Shown here one piece after another: positions 9,681-19,823 of a stretch of 64,000 nt of DNA; position 1 is the stretch's first letter, and each line of letters opens with the position of its first letter. The DNA comes from Candidatus Moranbacteria bacterium RIFOXYB1_FULL_43_19. Its GTDB lineage: Bacteria; Patescibacteriota; Minisyncoccia; Moranbacterales; UBA11712. Both the position numbers and the translations under genes were made by a program. The notes under the pieces were generated by a model. That model was not told the origin of the DNA. It ran no database searches and saw nothing but the letters and a program-made list of their open reading frames with translations. Where the stretch lies: assembly GCA_001784875.1 (NCBI GenBank), contig MFSH01000008.1, positions 1,555 to 65,554 on the forward strand, given 5' to 3'.

Positions 9681-9797
9681 GTTATATGCGATGCTAATCT
9701 ACAAATAAATGCAAATCAGCGAATTGCGAATATTTTTTTCAGATTTGATTATCTTTGAATTTTGAAATATAATAACAATGCTAAAAAACTTGGAGTT

Positions 9798-11054
9798 ATG
9801 TCATATTTTGAAATAATCGGGGGAAGAAAATTGAATGGAGAGATCGAAGTGAAAGGCGCCAAGAACGCGGCCTTGAAAGCCGTAGCGTCGGCTCTTTTGT
9901 CGCGTGAAAAATGGACAATTACCAATCTCCCGCAAATCGAGGATATAAGCCGGATTTTGGAAATGGTGGAAGATTTGGGCGCGGAAGCAAAAAGAAGCAA
10001 AAATAAAGTTGAAATTCAAGCCAAAAACATCAAAAAAAGCCGTTTAAGCGAGAGACTGGCCGGAAAACTACGGGCTTCGATAATCCTGGCCGGACCGGTT
10101 CTGGCGCGAACGGGAAAAGTTTCCATGCCTTATCCGGGAGGGTGCGTGATCGGCAAGCGCCCCATTGATTTGTTCCTCGCCGGATTCCAGAAAATGGGAG
10201 CCAAAGTGAAATGGCAGGATGACCATTTCAGTTTGTCCGCCAAAAAACTAAAAGGCGCGAAAATATTTTTTCCAAAAATAACCGTGACGGGAACAGAAGC
10301 CATGATGATCACGGCGGTTGTAGCGGAAGGAGAGACGATTCTTGAGAACGCTGCCATGGAACCGGAAATTCCGGCTCTGGCGGAATTTCTCAATCGCTCT
10401 GGCTCAAAAATATCAGGCGCCGGAACGCCGACCATCAGAATAAAAGGGGTGAAAAAAATCGGAGGCGGCCGGATGAAAATTATTCCGGACCGGATCGAAA
10501 CAGGGACATTTGTCATACTCGCGGCGCTTTGCGGAGGAAAAATAAAAATCAAGAACTGCAATCCGGACCATATCAGAGCATTCCTTGCGAATATTCAAAA
10601 AGCGGGTGTCCGGATCGAGGAAGAAAATAACGAGCTTGTCGTTTGGGGAGCGGAAAAAATAAATCCGGTCAACGTGTCAACCCACGAATATCCAGGATTT
10701 GCGACTGATCTTCAGCCGCCTTTCACGCTGCTCATGACGCGGGCCAGGGGGACAAGCCAAATTCACGATCCTATTTTTGAAGGGAGACTGCTTTTCACGG
10801 ATATTTTGAATTCGATGGGAGCGAATATTGTTCTCAATGATCCGCATCGGGCGACGGTTCAAGGGCCGACGAAACTGCGAGGGAGAAAAATTGCGAGCCC
10901 TGATCTTCGGGCGGGGATTACACTTCTTCTTTCCGGACTCATCGCGAAAGGGAAAACGACCGTTGAGAATATTTATCAGATTGACAGGGGATATGAAAGG
11001 ATTGAGGAGAGGCTGCAAAAGTTGGGAGCAGATATCAAGCGAATCGAGAAATAA
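9798..11054 (+). CDS. murA: UDP-N-acetylglucosamine 1-carboxyvinyltransferase
   Basis: GAKNAAL, LRASI, PGGCVIGKRPIDL (catalytic Cys), PDRIETGT, YPGFATDLQ, PDLRAG, IDRGYE; GGAG RBS before ATG 9798. Confidence 0.97.
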   Translation: MSYFEIIGGRKLNGEIEVKGAKNAALKAVASALLSREKWTITNLPQIEDISRILEMVEDLGAEAKRSKNKVEIQAKNIKKSRLSERLAGKLRASIILAGPVLARTGKVSMPYPGGCVIGKRPIDLFLAGFQKMGAKVKWQDDHFSLSAKKLKGAKIFFPKITVTGTEAMMITAVVAEGETILENAAMEPEIPALAEFLNRSGSKISGAGTPTIRIKGVKKIGGGRMKIIPDRIETGTFVILAALCGGKIKIKNCNPDHIRAFLANIQKAGVRIEEENNELVVWGAEKINPVNVSTHEYPGFATDLQPPFTLLMTRARGTSQIHDPIFEGRLLFTDILNSMGANIVLNDPHRATVQGPTKLRGRKIASPDLRAGITLLLSGLIAKGKTTVENIYQIDRGYERIEERLQKLGADIKRIEK

Positions 11055-11058
11055 AAAT

Positions 11059-11190
11059 AAAATCCTAAATCCTAAATCCTAAACTCTAAACAATATCAAA
11101 ATTCAAATTATAAAAATTCAAAACCGTTTTGAAAATTTGTATTTTTGAATTTGAATTTGTTTAGGATTTAGTGCTTAGTGCTTAGGATTT
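11059..11190. repeat. Inverted array of heptamer tandem repeats (AAATCCT)n ... (AGGATTT/AGTGCTT)n
   Basis: aaatcctaaatcctaaatcctaaactctaaac on the left, ttaggatttagtgcttagtgcttaggattt on the right. Confidence 0.85.
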
Positions 11191-11198
11191 TTTATTTT

Positions 11199-12206
11199 AT
11201 GTTTATCAAAAAAATCGGCATTGATTTGGGAACCGCCAACACCCTTGTCTTTCTTCCGGGCAAGGGGATTGTTGTCAATGAGCCGTCTGTTGTGGCTATT
11301 TCCCTCATTGACAATAAGATTCTGGCGGTCGGTAACGAAGCCAAGGAAATGATGGGGAGAACGCCCGAATCCATCACCGCCCAAAGACCCCTGAAAGACG
11401 GTGTAATTGCGGATTATCGGATTACAGAAGCTATGCTTCGCTACTTTATAAACAAAGTAAGCGGCGGTTTTCGGCTAGTGCGACCCGAGGTTATGATTTC
11501 GATTCCGGCCGGAGTCACGTCGACAGAGCGCCGGGCGGTTATTGACGCAGCGGTAAAAGCTGGCGCCAAAACGGCCTATGTCGTCAAAGAGCCGGTTCTG
11601 GCGGCGATTGGAGCGGGGATTCCCATCAACAGTGCGGCGGGAAATATGATTGTTGATATTGGAGGAGGAACGAGCGAAGTGGCAATCATATCTCTCGGAG
11701 GAATTGTGGCGGCTCACAGCGCGCGGGTGGGGGGAAACAAGATAGACCAGGCAATTGCCGATTTCATAAAAAAGAAGCATGGCCTCGCCGTCGGGGAACG
11801 GACAGCCGAGGAAATAAAAATCGCGATCGGGAGCGCCATGCCGCAGACAAAAGATGAATATGTCGAAGTGCGAGGACGCGATCTCATCGCGGGACTTCCG
11901 AAAACAATCCGTGTTTCAGCGAATGAAATGACGGAAGCCATCCAAGACGAGCTTCGGGAAATCATAAACGCGATCAAAAGGGTTCTTCAGGAAACGCCAC
12001 CTGAATTGGCAGCGGACGTAATTGACAAGGGAATGATTCTTTCGGGAGGCGGAGCGCTGCTCCGGAATCTCGATCAGCTTATCACAAAGACAACCGGTGT
12101 TCCGTGCTATGTCGCGGATGATCCGCTTCTTTGCGTCGCAAAAGGAACGGGAATTGCTCTCGAACATCTGGAGATGTATAAGAGAACTATAATGATGTCG
12201 AAATAA
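11199..12206 (+). CDS. mreB: Rod shape-determining protein MreB, paralog 1
   Basis: IGIDLGTANT, NEPSVVA, RPLKDGVIAD, DIGGGTSEVA, LSGGGALL. Confidence 0.95.
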   Translation: MFIKKIGIDLGTANTLVFLPGKGIVVNEPSVVAISLIDNKILAVGNEAKEMMGRTPESITAQRPLKDGVIADYRITEAMLRYFINKVSGGFRLVRPEVMISIPAGVTSTERRAVIDAAVKAGAKTAYVVKEPVLAAIGAGIPINSAAGNMIVDIGGGTSEVAIISLGGIVAAHSARVGGNKIDQAIADFIKKKHGLAVGERTAEEIKIAIGSAMPQTKDEYVEVRGRDLIAGLPKTIRVSANEMTEAIQDELREIINAIKRVLQETPPELAADVIDKGMILSGGGALLRNLDQLITKTTGVPCYVADDPLLCVAKGTGIALEHLEMYKRTIMMSK

Positions 12207-12297
12207 ATCACGAAACACGTAACACAAAAAGAAATGAATTAGGCGAGTTATTATTTAGTTCGGAGTATAGAGTTATGTGCTATGTGTTATGAGTTAT

Positions 12298-13404
12298 ATG
12301 ACTATTGGAATTGACGCCAGTCGCGCGTTTCAAAAAAACAAAACCGGGATTGAAGAGTATTCCTATCAGGTTATCAAGCTCCTGCGCGATTTTTTTAAGG
12401 GCGATCAAGTGATTTTATATTGCAATCCGGCGATAAATATAAAACCGGATTTTAGCTTTCCCGAAAATTGGCAGGTGAAAAATTTGCGCGCGCCGATTTT
12501 TTGGACGCAGGCAAGGCTGTCGCTTGAAATGCTGTTTCATCCCGTGGACGTGTTATTCGTGCCAGCGCATACGGTGCCGCTCATCCATCCCAAAAATACA
12601 ATTGTCACTGTCCACGGCCTTGAATTTGAATTTTGCCCGAAAGCCTATTCGCCTTGGCAAAGATTTTATATGCGCTTCGTGATCAAAAATTCCTGCCGTT
12701 GGGCGAAAAAAATAATCGCAGTGAGCGAGAATACGAAGTCTGACTTAATATCAAAATATAATGTTGATGAAAAAAAAATAAAAGTAATATACGAGGGCTA
12801 CAGCGAGTATAATTTTCAATTTCCAATTTCAAATTTTAAATCGAGTCCAAATAATAAAATTTCAAATTATAGAGGTTACATCTTATTCATAGGGCGCCTC
12901 GAGAATAGAAAGAACATCAATGGTATAGTTGAGGCCTTTGAAATTCTGAAAGAGAAATACAAAATTGCGCATAAATTGATCCTGGTTGGCAAGTTTGGCT
13001 ATGGAGGGGATAAAATAAAAGAAAAAATATATAAAAGCGAATACAAAAACGACATTATTTTGACAGGATACGTGAGCGAAGAGGATAAATATTATTTGCT
13101 GAAAAGCGCGGGTATGTTTTTGTTCCCGACATTTTATGAAGGGTTTGGACTGCCGATTCTCGAAGCGCAGAAGGTCGGCACGCCGGTCGTCACTTCGAAT
13201 GTTTCTTCAATGCCGGAAGTGGCAGGGGATGGGGCGGTTTTGGTTGACCCGAAAGATCCGGGCGCGATTGCGGAAGCGATTTATAAGCTCGTCTCGGACG
13301 AAAGCTATAAAAATGATATAATAGAAAAAGGCCTTGCGAACGTGAAAAGATTTTCGTGGGAAAAATGCAGCCGCGAAATCGCGGATGTAATTCGTAATTT
13401 GTGA
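12298..13404 (+). CDS. Glycosyltransferase family 4 (GT-B)
   Basis: IGIDAS, KTGIEEYS, FIGRLENRKN, YEGFGLPILEA, SSMPEVAG. Confidence 0.9.
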   Translation: MTIGIDASRAFQKNKTGIEEYSYQVIKLLRDFFKGDQVILYCNPAINIKPDFSFPENWQVKNLRAPIFWTQARLSLEMLFHPVDVLFVPAHTVPLIHPKNTIVTVHGLEFEFCPKAYSPWQRFYMRFVIKNSCRWAKKIIAVSENTKSDLISKYNVDEKKIKVIYEGYSEYNFQFPISNFKSSPNNKISNYRGYILFIGRLENRKNINGIVEAFEILKEKYKIAHKLILVGKFGYGGDKIKEKIYKSEYKNDIILTGYVSEEDKYYLLKSAGMFLFPTFYEGFGLPILEAQKVGTPVVTSNVSSMPEVAGDGAVLVDPKDPGAIAEAIYKLVSDESYKNDIIEKGLANVKRFSWEKCSREIADVIRNL

Positions 13405-13428
13405 ATTTGTAATTTGGATATTTTGAAT

Positions 13429-13487
13429 ACTCTCATATATGCATATGTGCATATATGAGAGTGTGCGCACTACGATATATCGTAGTG
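13429..13487. repeat. Two adjacent palindromes
   Basis: ACTCTCATATATGCA-TATG-TGCATATATGAGAGT (13429-13462) and CACTACGATATATCGTAGTG (13468-13487). Confidence 0.85.
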
Positions 13488-13603
13488 AAAAAGTTAAAAG
13501 TTATTTGAAAACGAGGGAAATATATTTGGATAAAAAAACCGGACCGGTTCACAGATGAAAATTGTGAGCGGGCCCGGGGGGATTTTTTCAATATTTTGGT
13601 TAG

Positions 13604-13882
13604 CTACAACATAACCTCAATAATTTCTGTTTCAGGGGGCAGGAATTGAAGCTTACCCGTAGCCAAATCCAGTACTGCGATATTATTGTCCATCAGCTCC
13701 CTGGTTCTTTCTTCGCCCAAGTATAGAGCGAATTCATCGATCCGTTGACAGATCCTAAGTTTATTGCCATCTGGGTGGAATTGGCGAGCGTTAGATAAAA
13801 TTTGATGAACTTCACTCGCGACAATGAACCTGGATTTAGCTGGACAAAATCGGAGTTTTGCAAGGTGCTCTCCTTTTTTCAT
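13604..13882 (-). CDS. Small hypothetical protein (92 aa)
   Basis: Strong AGGAGGAG RBS before the ATG; hairpin/T-tract downstream at about 13535-13590. Confidence 0.65.
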   Translation of the reverse strand: MKKGEHLAKLRFCPAKSRFIVASEVHQILSNARQFHPDGNKLRICQRIDEFALYLGEERTRELMDNNIAVLDLATGKLQFLPPETEIIEVML

Positions 13883-13914
13883 GGCTCCTCCTAGAGTTCT
13901 ATTATTTTAATCAA

Positions 13915-15093
13915 ATGATTTCGAATCACTCTATCACAACTAATAAACTTCGTCAAGGATTCAAAGTGGCTCTTGTCCACGATTTTCTGAACCAACACGG
14001 CGGGGCGGAGAGGGTGCTTTTGGCGTTGCACGAGATATTTACCGAAGCGCCGATTTATACTTTGCTTTATGACCCTCAAAAAATGCGGGGGAAATTCAAG
14101 GACGCCGACGTTCGGCCGTCGTTCCTTCAAAAATTTCCGAAGTTTTTGAAAAAGCGACATAAGTGGCTTTTGCCTCTTATGCCGACTGCGCCGGAGACTT
14201 TCAACCTTCGGGATTTTGATCTGGTGATTTCTTCTTCGAGCGCTTTCGCCAAGGGAATAATAGTCAAACCAAAAACAATTCACATCTGCTACTGCCACAG
14301 CCCCATGAGATACGCCTGGGATTGGAACGAAAAATATCTCGACGAGCAGGGGCTGGGCACGAAAAGACGGATCCTGGCGCGGCTTCTTCTCAATTATGTC
14401 CGGATGTGGGACAAAGTGGCGGCGGACCGGGTGGATTTTTTCATCGCCAATTCAAAATATACCAGGGAGAGAATAAAAAAATACTATGGCTGCGAAAGTG
14501 CGGTCGTTTATCCGCCAGTGGATATTTCTTCCAAGACTAAATCTGGGAGCGATTTCCAAGACTTAGTCTTGGAAAAACGGGGTTACTTTTTGATTGTTTC
14601 CCGGCTATCGCCATACAAGAAAGTTGAAATCGCCGTGGAAGCCATGAACAAATTGAATCTTCCGCTCTTGGTAATTGGAGAAGGTTCTCCGAAATACGTG
14701 AAATACCTGAAATCAATCGCGGGGCCGAAAACGAAATTTCTGGGATTCCTACCGGATGAAATGATAAAAAAATATTTTTTCGGATGCCGAGCCTTCATTT
14801 TTCCGGGAGAAGATGATTTTGGAATCGCACCGGTTGAAGCCATGTCTTTTGGAAAGCCGGTGATTGCTTTCCGGCGGGGAGGAGCCATGGAAACGGTTGT
14901 CGAAGGAGAAACGGGAGAATTTTTTAACGAGCCAACAATTGAAGTTCTGGCCGACGCGGTGCGCCGGTTCCAGGAAAATGAAAAAAATTATGACCCGGAA
15001 AAAATCCAGCATCAGGCGCAAAAGTTTTCAAAAGAAAAATTTCGGGAGCATTTTTTGGAGGAAATTGAAAAAATAATACAAATACGCGATTGA
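13915..15093 (+). CDS. Glycosyltransferase family 4 (GT-B)
   Basis: KVALVHDFL..GGAERVL, YCHSPMRYAWD, SRLSPYK, EDDFGIAPVEAM. Confidence 0.92.
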   Translation: MISNHSITTNKLRQGFKVALVHDFLNQHGGAERVLLALHEIFTEAPIYTLLYDPQKMRGKFKDADVRPSFLQKFPKFLKKRHKWLLPLMPTAPETFNLRDFDLVISSSSAFAKGIIVKPKTIHICYCHSPMRYAWDWNEKYLDEQGLGTKRRILARLLLNYVRMWDKVAADRVDFFIANSKYTRERIKKYYGCESAVVYPPVDISSKTKSGSDFQDLVLEKRGYFLIVSRLSPYKKVEIAVEAMNKLNLPLLVIGEGSPKYVKYLKSIAGPKTKFLGFLPDEMIKKYFFGCRAFIFPGEDDFGIAPVEAMSFGKPVIAFRRGGAMETVVEGETGEFFNEPTIEVLADAVRRFQENEKNYDPEKIQHQAQKFSKEKFREHFLEEIEKIIQIRD

Positions 15094-15114
15094 AATGCAA
15101 AATGAAAAATATCT

Positions 15115-15567
15115 ATGAAAAAGAAGAAGTTTAAAATTGTTCCAGCAGCATACCTGGTTTTAGCCAAAAAGAAAAAAGTGCTAATGCTTCGAAGGTTCAA
15201 TACGGGATATGAGGATGGGAATTATAGTCTCGTTGCCGGTCATTTAGAGGGCAATGAGTCTTTTCGTAAATGCCTGGTTAGAGAAGCCAAAGAAGAAGCA
15301 AATATAATACTAAATGAAAATGATCTGGAAATTGTTCATGTCATGCATCGGAGAACTACGTTTCACGATGTTGGGTTGAGAGAAAGAATTGATATTTTTA
15401 TTGCTGCGAAAAAATGGAAAGGAGAGATAAAAAATGTGGAACCTCATAAATGTGACGACTTAAGCTGGTTTCCTCTAAAAAAAATTCCAAAAAATACGAT
15501 TCCATACATTAAACTTGTTCTAAAAAATATTTCGAAGGGTGTATTTTATAGTGAATTTGGATTTTAG
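15115..15567 (+). CDS. NUDIX hydrolase
   Basis: Nudix box GHLEGNESFRKCLVREAKEEANI; EPHKC. Confidence 0.9.
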   Translation: MKKKKFKIVPAAYLVLAKKKKVLMLRRFNTGYEDGNYSLVAGHLEGNESFRKCLVREAKEEANIILNENDLEIVHVMHRRTTFHDVGLRERIDIFIAAKKWKGEIKNVEPHKCDDLSWFPLKKIPKNTIPYIKLVLKNISKGVFYSEFGF

Positions 15568-15570
15568 TTT

Positions 15571-16398
15571 ATGCAAAATGATTTTTCTCCAAAAATAAAA
15601 ACCTATCTCGACCGGCTGGCGGCCTCACCCAAGCGGCCGAATTCCTTTTTGTTTGCCGGGGCGCAGCGAACGGGGAAAGCGGAAGCGGCGGAATATTTTG
15701 TTTCGAAACTGGCCCAAAAAACGGGAGATGCGGAATTTTTACGAAGGTTCAGGGGAAAAGTCCATCCGGATGTGGTTGTGATCGAGCCAGAAACTGTCGA
15801 AGACAAAAAGGGCAGGATCCGGGAAAAAGAAATCACAGCTTCGCAAATCCGAGAGGCGTGCCAAAGGCTGAAATTTTTTCCTTATGAGCTTGAAAAAAAG
15901 TTCTGCCTTATCAAAAAATCCCAGCGAATGAATGCCGAAGCTTCGAACGCGCTTCTCAAAATTCTCGAGGAGCCGACAAAAAGCACTTTTTTTATCCTTC
16001 TGGCAGGCGACACCGATTCGGTTTTGCCGACAATTTCTTCGCGCTGCGCTGTCTTGAGGTTTCCCAGGACAGAGCTTCCCGTTTGGAACGAAGAAAACCG
16101 CGAGAAGTTCCGAAATATTTTCAAGGAAGAAATCTTTGAAAAATTCGATTATATTGAAAAAATTTCCCGCGACAAAAATGAATTTTCCGGGATTCTCAAA
16201 GATTGGGAAGCAGTGGCGGCGGAAGGGATGCGAAAACTTGCGACAGGAGACCAGGGAGGCGGGAACAATTTGGGGAAAATGAAAAAAGTTGCGGTCTTGC
16301 TTGAGAATATCAGGGAAGCTATCGATCAACTGGAGCGCACAAACGCGAGTGCGAGGGCAGTGGGGGAGAAATTGATGTTGGAAATGAGTAGTGGGTAA
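15571..16398 (+). CDS. holB: DNA polymerase III delta' subunit-like protein
   Basis: SFLFAG..TGK, HPDV, NALLKILEEP, LPTISSRC. Confidence 0.85.
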   Translation: MQNDFSPKIKTYLDRLAASPKRPNSFLFAGAQRTGKAEAAEYFVSKLAQKTGDAEFLRRFRGKVHPDVVVIEPETVEDKKGRIREKEITASQIREACQRLKFFPYELEKKFCLIKKSQRMNAEASNALLKILEEPTKSTFFILLAGDTDSVLPTISSRCAVLRFPRTELPVWNEENREKFRNIFKEEIFEKFDYIEKISRDKNEFSGILKDWEAVAAEGMRKLATGDQGGGNNLGKMKKVAVLLENIREAIDQLERTNASARAVGEKLMLEMSSG

Positions 16399-16532
16399 CG
16401 AGGCAGTGAGCAGTGGGATTGGCCGTGTGTCTTGAGTTGTGAGAAAAAAATCCTATAACTCACTGCTAATGACCTGGCTCACAGCCCACAGCCATGTTAC
16501 TAATGACTAAAATATATGCTATAATTCGCAAT

Positions 16533-17600
16533 ATGAAGCATACTTCAAAAATTTTATTATTATTACCGACAATGATATTCCTCTCTGCTTGTTCTCTAAC
16601 CGGCGGCGGGAATGATGGGGGCATTTTTCGTTCGGACGACGGCGGAAAGACATTCGCGTCCAAAGACAAGGCCGAAAACAATCGGACTATCAGCGGAGTC
16701 GACATTTTGAGTCTTGCGGTTAATCCTCAAAACGGAAACGAGATATACGCAGGCTCGAAAGCGAGCGGCATTTTCAAATCAACTGACGGAGGCGAGCTTT
16801 GGAAGCAACTGGGAGTTTCCCGGCTTACTCCGGCAAAAGTCTATTCTTTGGCGATTGACCCGATGAATCCCAACACCCTTTATGCCGTTGCAGCCATTGG
16901 CAAAAGAGGGAAAATCATGAAATCAACCGATACCGGAGAAACTTGGAAGGACACCTATTCGGAGCCGTCTGACGGGTCGCTTGTTCTTTCGGTTGCTTTG
17001 AATCCGCAAAAACCATCAGATATTTTTGCCGGGACGGACCAGGGACAGATAATTTTTTCCGAAGATTCGGGAGAAACATGGAGGAGCGCTTATTGGACGG
17101 AAGGAAAAGCAGCGGTCTCAAAAATTGTCTTTGACAATGCCAATCCGGATTCGGCCTATTTCGTCCTGTTTGAAAAAGGAATCATAAGAACAACTGACGA
17201 AGGGAAAAATTTCGAAGCGCTAAGCTGGAAAAAAGACGATCGAACTTTTTCTTTTGGAAGCGGGCTTGGTGGGGCGGTTTCATTTGAGACGGATCCAATG
17301 CGCGGAGGATGGGTATACGCAGGAACATCCGAAGGGCTCTTGAGGAGCAAGGACGGGGGCGATAACTGGGAAATCGTGAAAACTCTTAGCAATCCAAACG
17401 AACTCAATATCCGCTCGATCGCCGTCAATCCGCAAAATTCGGATGAAATAATTTGCACCGTGGCGCAGGCGCTGTATAAGTCCGTTGACGGGGGAGTGAA
17501 TTGGCTGCCGGTTCAGTTTGACACGAGCCGGACTCTCGAAGTGGCCGAATATAACCCCCAAAACCCGGGGCAGGTTTTTGTGGGACTGAATAAACGGTAA
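16533..17600 (+). CDS. Lipoprotein with BNR/Asp-box beta-propeller (YCF48-like)
   Basis: Lipobox LSAC; repeated S-x-D-x-G-x-x-W boxes. Confidence 0.85.
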   Translation: MKHTSKILLLLPTMIFLSACSLTGGGNDGGIFRSDDGGKTFASKDKAENNRTISGVDILSLAVNPQNGNEIYAGSKASGIFKSTDGGELWKQLGVSRLTPAKVYSLAIDPMNPNTLYAVAAIGKRGKIMKSTDTGETWKDTYSEPSDGSLVLSVALNPQKPSDIFAGTDQGQIIFSEDSGETWRSAYWTEGKAAVSKIVFDNANPDSAYFVLFEKGIIRTTDEGKNFEALSWKKDDRTFSFGSGLGGAVSFETDPMRGGWVYAGTSEGLLRSKDGGDNWEIVKTLSNPNELNIRSIAVNPQNSDEIICTVAQALYKSVDGGVNWLPVQFDTSRTLEVAEYNPQNPGQVFVGLNKR

Positions 17601-17737
17601 AGTTCACTTCATGTTTTTAAGCGAAAAATTAAACTTTCTTAAATAGGCTAACCTTGTTTGCCTTGCAAGCATGGCAAACAAGAACGCGATATTTTCGAAA
17701 GATTAATTTTCCGCTTTTAATAATTATTCCTAACTTT

Positions 17738-18295
17738 ATGCTTGACCAAATCATCCAAAAATCAAAGCCGGAAATGGAGAAGGCGGTTGAGAGGTTCAGG
17801 GAGGAAATCGCGAAACTTCGCACAGGCCGGGCCAATCCGGCGATGGTGGAAAATCTGCCAGTTGACTATTACGGCGCCAAAAGCCCCCTAAAACAGGTGG
17901 CGAGCATCACTGTTCCCGAACCGCGGCTCGTTGTCATCACTCCCTGGAACAAGGACAATTTGGTTGACATCGAAAAAGCCGTGAGCGAATCGGGGCTGGG
18001 GCTGAACCCGACCAATGACGGACAAGTCGTCCGGATTGCCATTCCGCCTCTCAACGAGGAGCGCCGGACGGAGCTTGTGAAAGTTTTGGGAAAATATTCC
18101 GAGGAGGCGCGCGTATTAATTCGGCAGGCGCGTGAAGAGGCTTGGGATGAAATACAGGATATGGTGAAAAATGGAAAATTGGGCGAAGACGCGAAATTCA
18201 AAGGAAAGGAACAGCTCCAGAAATTGATTGATGAATATAACGGGAAAGTAGAAGAAGTGAGGGGGAAGAAAGAGAAGGAAATTATGGAAATATAG
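17738..18295 (+). CDS. frr: Ribosome recycling factor
   Basis: LRTGRANP, VDYYG, LNPTNDG, IPPLNEERR, KEKEIMEI. Confidence 0.96.
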   Translation: MLDQIIQKSKPEMEKAVERFREEIAKLRTGRANPAMVENLPVDYYGAKSPLKQVASITVPEPRLVVITPWNKDNLVDIEKAVSESGLGLNPTNDGQVVRIAIPPLNEERRTELVKVLGKYSEEARVLIRQAREEAWDEIQDMVKNGKLGEDAKFKGKEQLQKLIDEYNGKVEEVRGKKEKEIMEI

Positions 18296-18419
18296 TTTTA
18301 GTAACATAGCAGTGGGCGGTGAGACTGGTTGTGGGCAGTGGGTCATGATAAAATTTTTCCAGTGACTAACGACTCACGGCTATTCCCGCTACTCACAGTC
18401 TTGTTACCCACAGCTTTTT

Positions 18420-19604
18420 ATGATTACAGTTTTAATTTTTATCTTCATCCTGGGTCTTCTGGTCTTTGTTCACGAACTGGGACATTTTTTGGTTGCGCGA
18501 AGGAACGGCGTTGAGGTTGAAGAATTCGGTTTTGGTTTTCCGCCGAGAATATTCGGGGTTTATTGGAACTGGGAGGGGAAAAGAAGAATAATCTGGGGAT
18601 CGAAAGAAATTGAAGAAGTTCGAGAAGCGAGAAAAATCGGCGAAGAAAAAACTGTTTATTCGTTCAATTGGATTCCGCTCGGGGGTTTTGTGAAAATCAC
18701 GGGCGAAGACGGCGAGAAGAAGGGAAATCCGAAAAGTTTTGCTTCGAAGCCGCCATTTACCCGGGTTAGAATCCTCGCGGCGGGCGTGGTCATGAATTTT
18801 CTTTTGGCGGCCGCACTGTTTTCTTTCGGTTTTTGGCTGGGAGTTCCGCAACCTGCGGAAGAAGTGAAAAATGGGAAAGTGGGAAATGAGAAGATTCAGA
18901 TTGTAGATGTCGGGAAAGGAACGCCGGCTGAGGCAATGGGTATCCGCGCCGGGGACGAAATTTTGGGGGCGATGAAGGAAAATAATCTGGTGAAATTTTC
19001 TTCAGTTGAGGAAGTGCAGAACTTTATAGGAGAAAATAAAGGCAGCCAAGTAATTCTGGAAATTCAAAGGGGGAAGGAAAAATTGGAAATTTTCGGCACA
19101 CCGAGAGCTGATTTTCCGGAAGGCGAAGGGCCGCTAGGGATTGGCCTTGCGAAAATAGTTGTCGCGAAATATCCGTGGTATCGGGCAATTGCCAAGGGAT
19201 TCCAGTATACTTTCGATCTGACAATCACTTTCATTTCATTTTTGGGGTTGCTCATTTGGCGGCTCATTGTCGGCCAGCCGGCGGGACTGGATGTTTCCGG
19301 GCCGGTGGGGATCGCGGTGCTGACCGGGCAAGTGGCGCAGCTGGGTTTCGACTATCTCATCCGTTTCACGGCGATGCTGTCTGTCAATCTCGCTATTATC
19401 AACATTCTCCCGATCCCCGCGCTTGACGGCGGTCGGATTCTCTTCATACTGATCGAAAGGCTTAAAGGCTCGCCGATTTCTCAAAAATTTGAGCAGCGCG
19501 CGCACAGCCTGGGATTTGCTCTTTTAATCTCCCTAATGGTTTTCGTCACCGTGAGGGATTTCATGAAATTTGATTTGGTGGAGAAGGCTATAAATTTATT
19601 TTAA
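18420..19604 (+). CDS. rseP: RIP metalloprotease RseP (M50, PDZ)
   Basis: HELGH, GFGFPP, IPLGGFV, AGVVMN, SGPVGI, NILPIPALDGG. Confidence 0.93.
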   Translation: MITVLIFIFILGLLVFVHELGHFLVARRNGVEVEEFGFGFPPRIFGVYWNWEGKRRIIWGSKEIEEVREARKIGEEKTVYSFNWIPLGGFVKITGEDGEKKGNPKSFASKPPFTRVRILAAGVVMNFLLAAALFSFGFWLGVPQPAEEVKNGKVGNEKIQIVDVGKGTPAEAMGIRAGDEILGAMKENNLVKFSSVEEVQNFIGENKGSQVILEIQRGKEKLEIFGTPRADFPEGEGPLGIGLAKIVVAKYPWYRAIAKGFQYTFDLTITFISFLGLLIWRLIVGQPAGLDVSGPVGIAVLTGQVAQLGFDYLIRFTAMLSVNLAIINILPIPALDGGRILFILIERLKGSPISQKFEQRAHSLGFALLISLMVFVTVRDFMKFDLVEKAINLF

Positions 19605-19673
19605 TGGGAAAAATTGTTTGTTGGGTTGACTTAAGCTTTTTTTATTTTGTAAAAATCTTGGTCTTGGGCAACT

Positions 19674-19702
19674 TTGACACAATTCTTTGGCTGGGGTAAT
19701 AT
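19674..19702 (+). promoter_or_regulatory. Sigma70-type promoter for mreBCD-mrdA
   Basis: TTGACA-17 bp-TAATAT. Confidence 0.55.
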
Positions 19703-19823
19703 TAGGTACTAGGAATAGAAAATAAATATAAAAATAGCCTGAAATTCACACATCGCTGAAATACTTTTTTATTTTTTTCTGATTCTCGTGTTTCGATTGA
19801 TAAAAAAAACATTACACGAATAA

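Noticed and set aside
9690-9731. ATGCTAATC...GAATTGCGAAT motif shared with 56858-56890
   Set aside because: Only two short degenerate copies; probably another simple repeat, not enough to assign a function.
11059-11190. Repeat arrays as CRISPR
   Set aside because: Units are 7 nt and tandem, with no 25-40 nt repeats separated by unique spacers and no cas genes.
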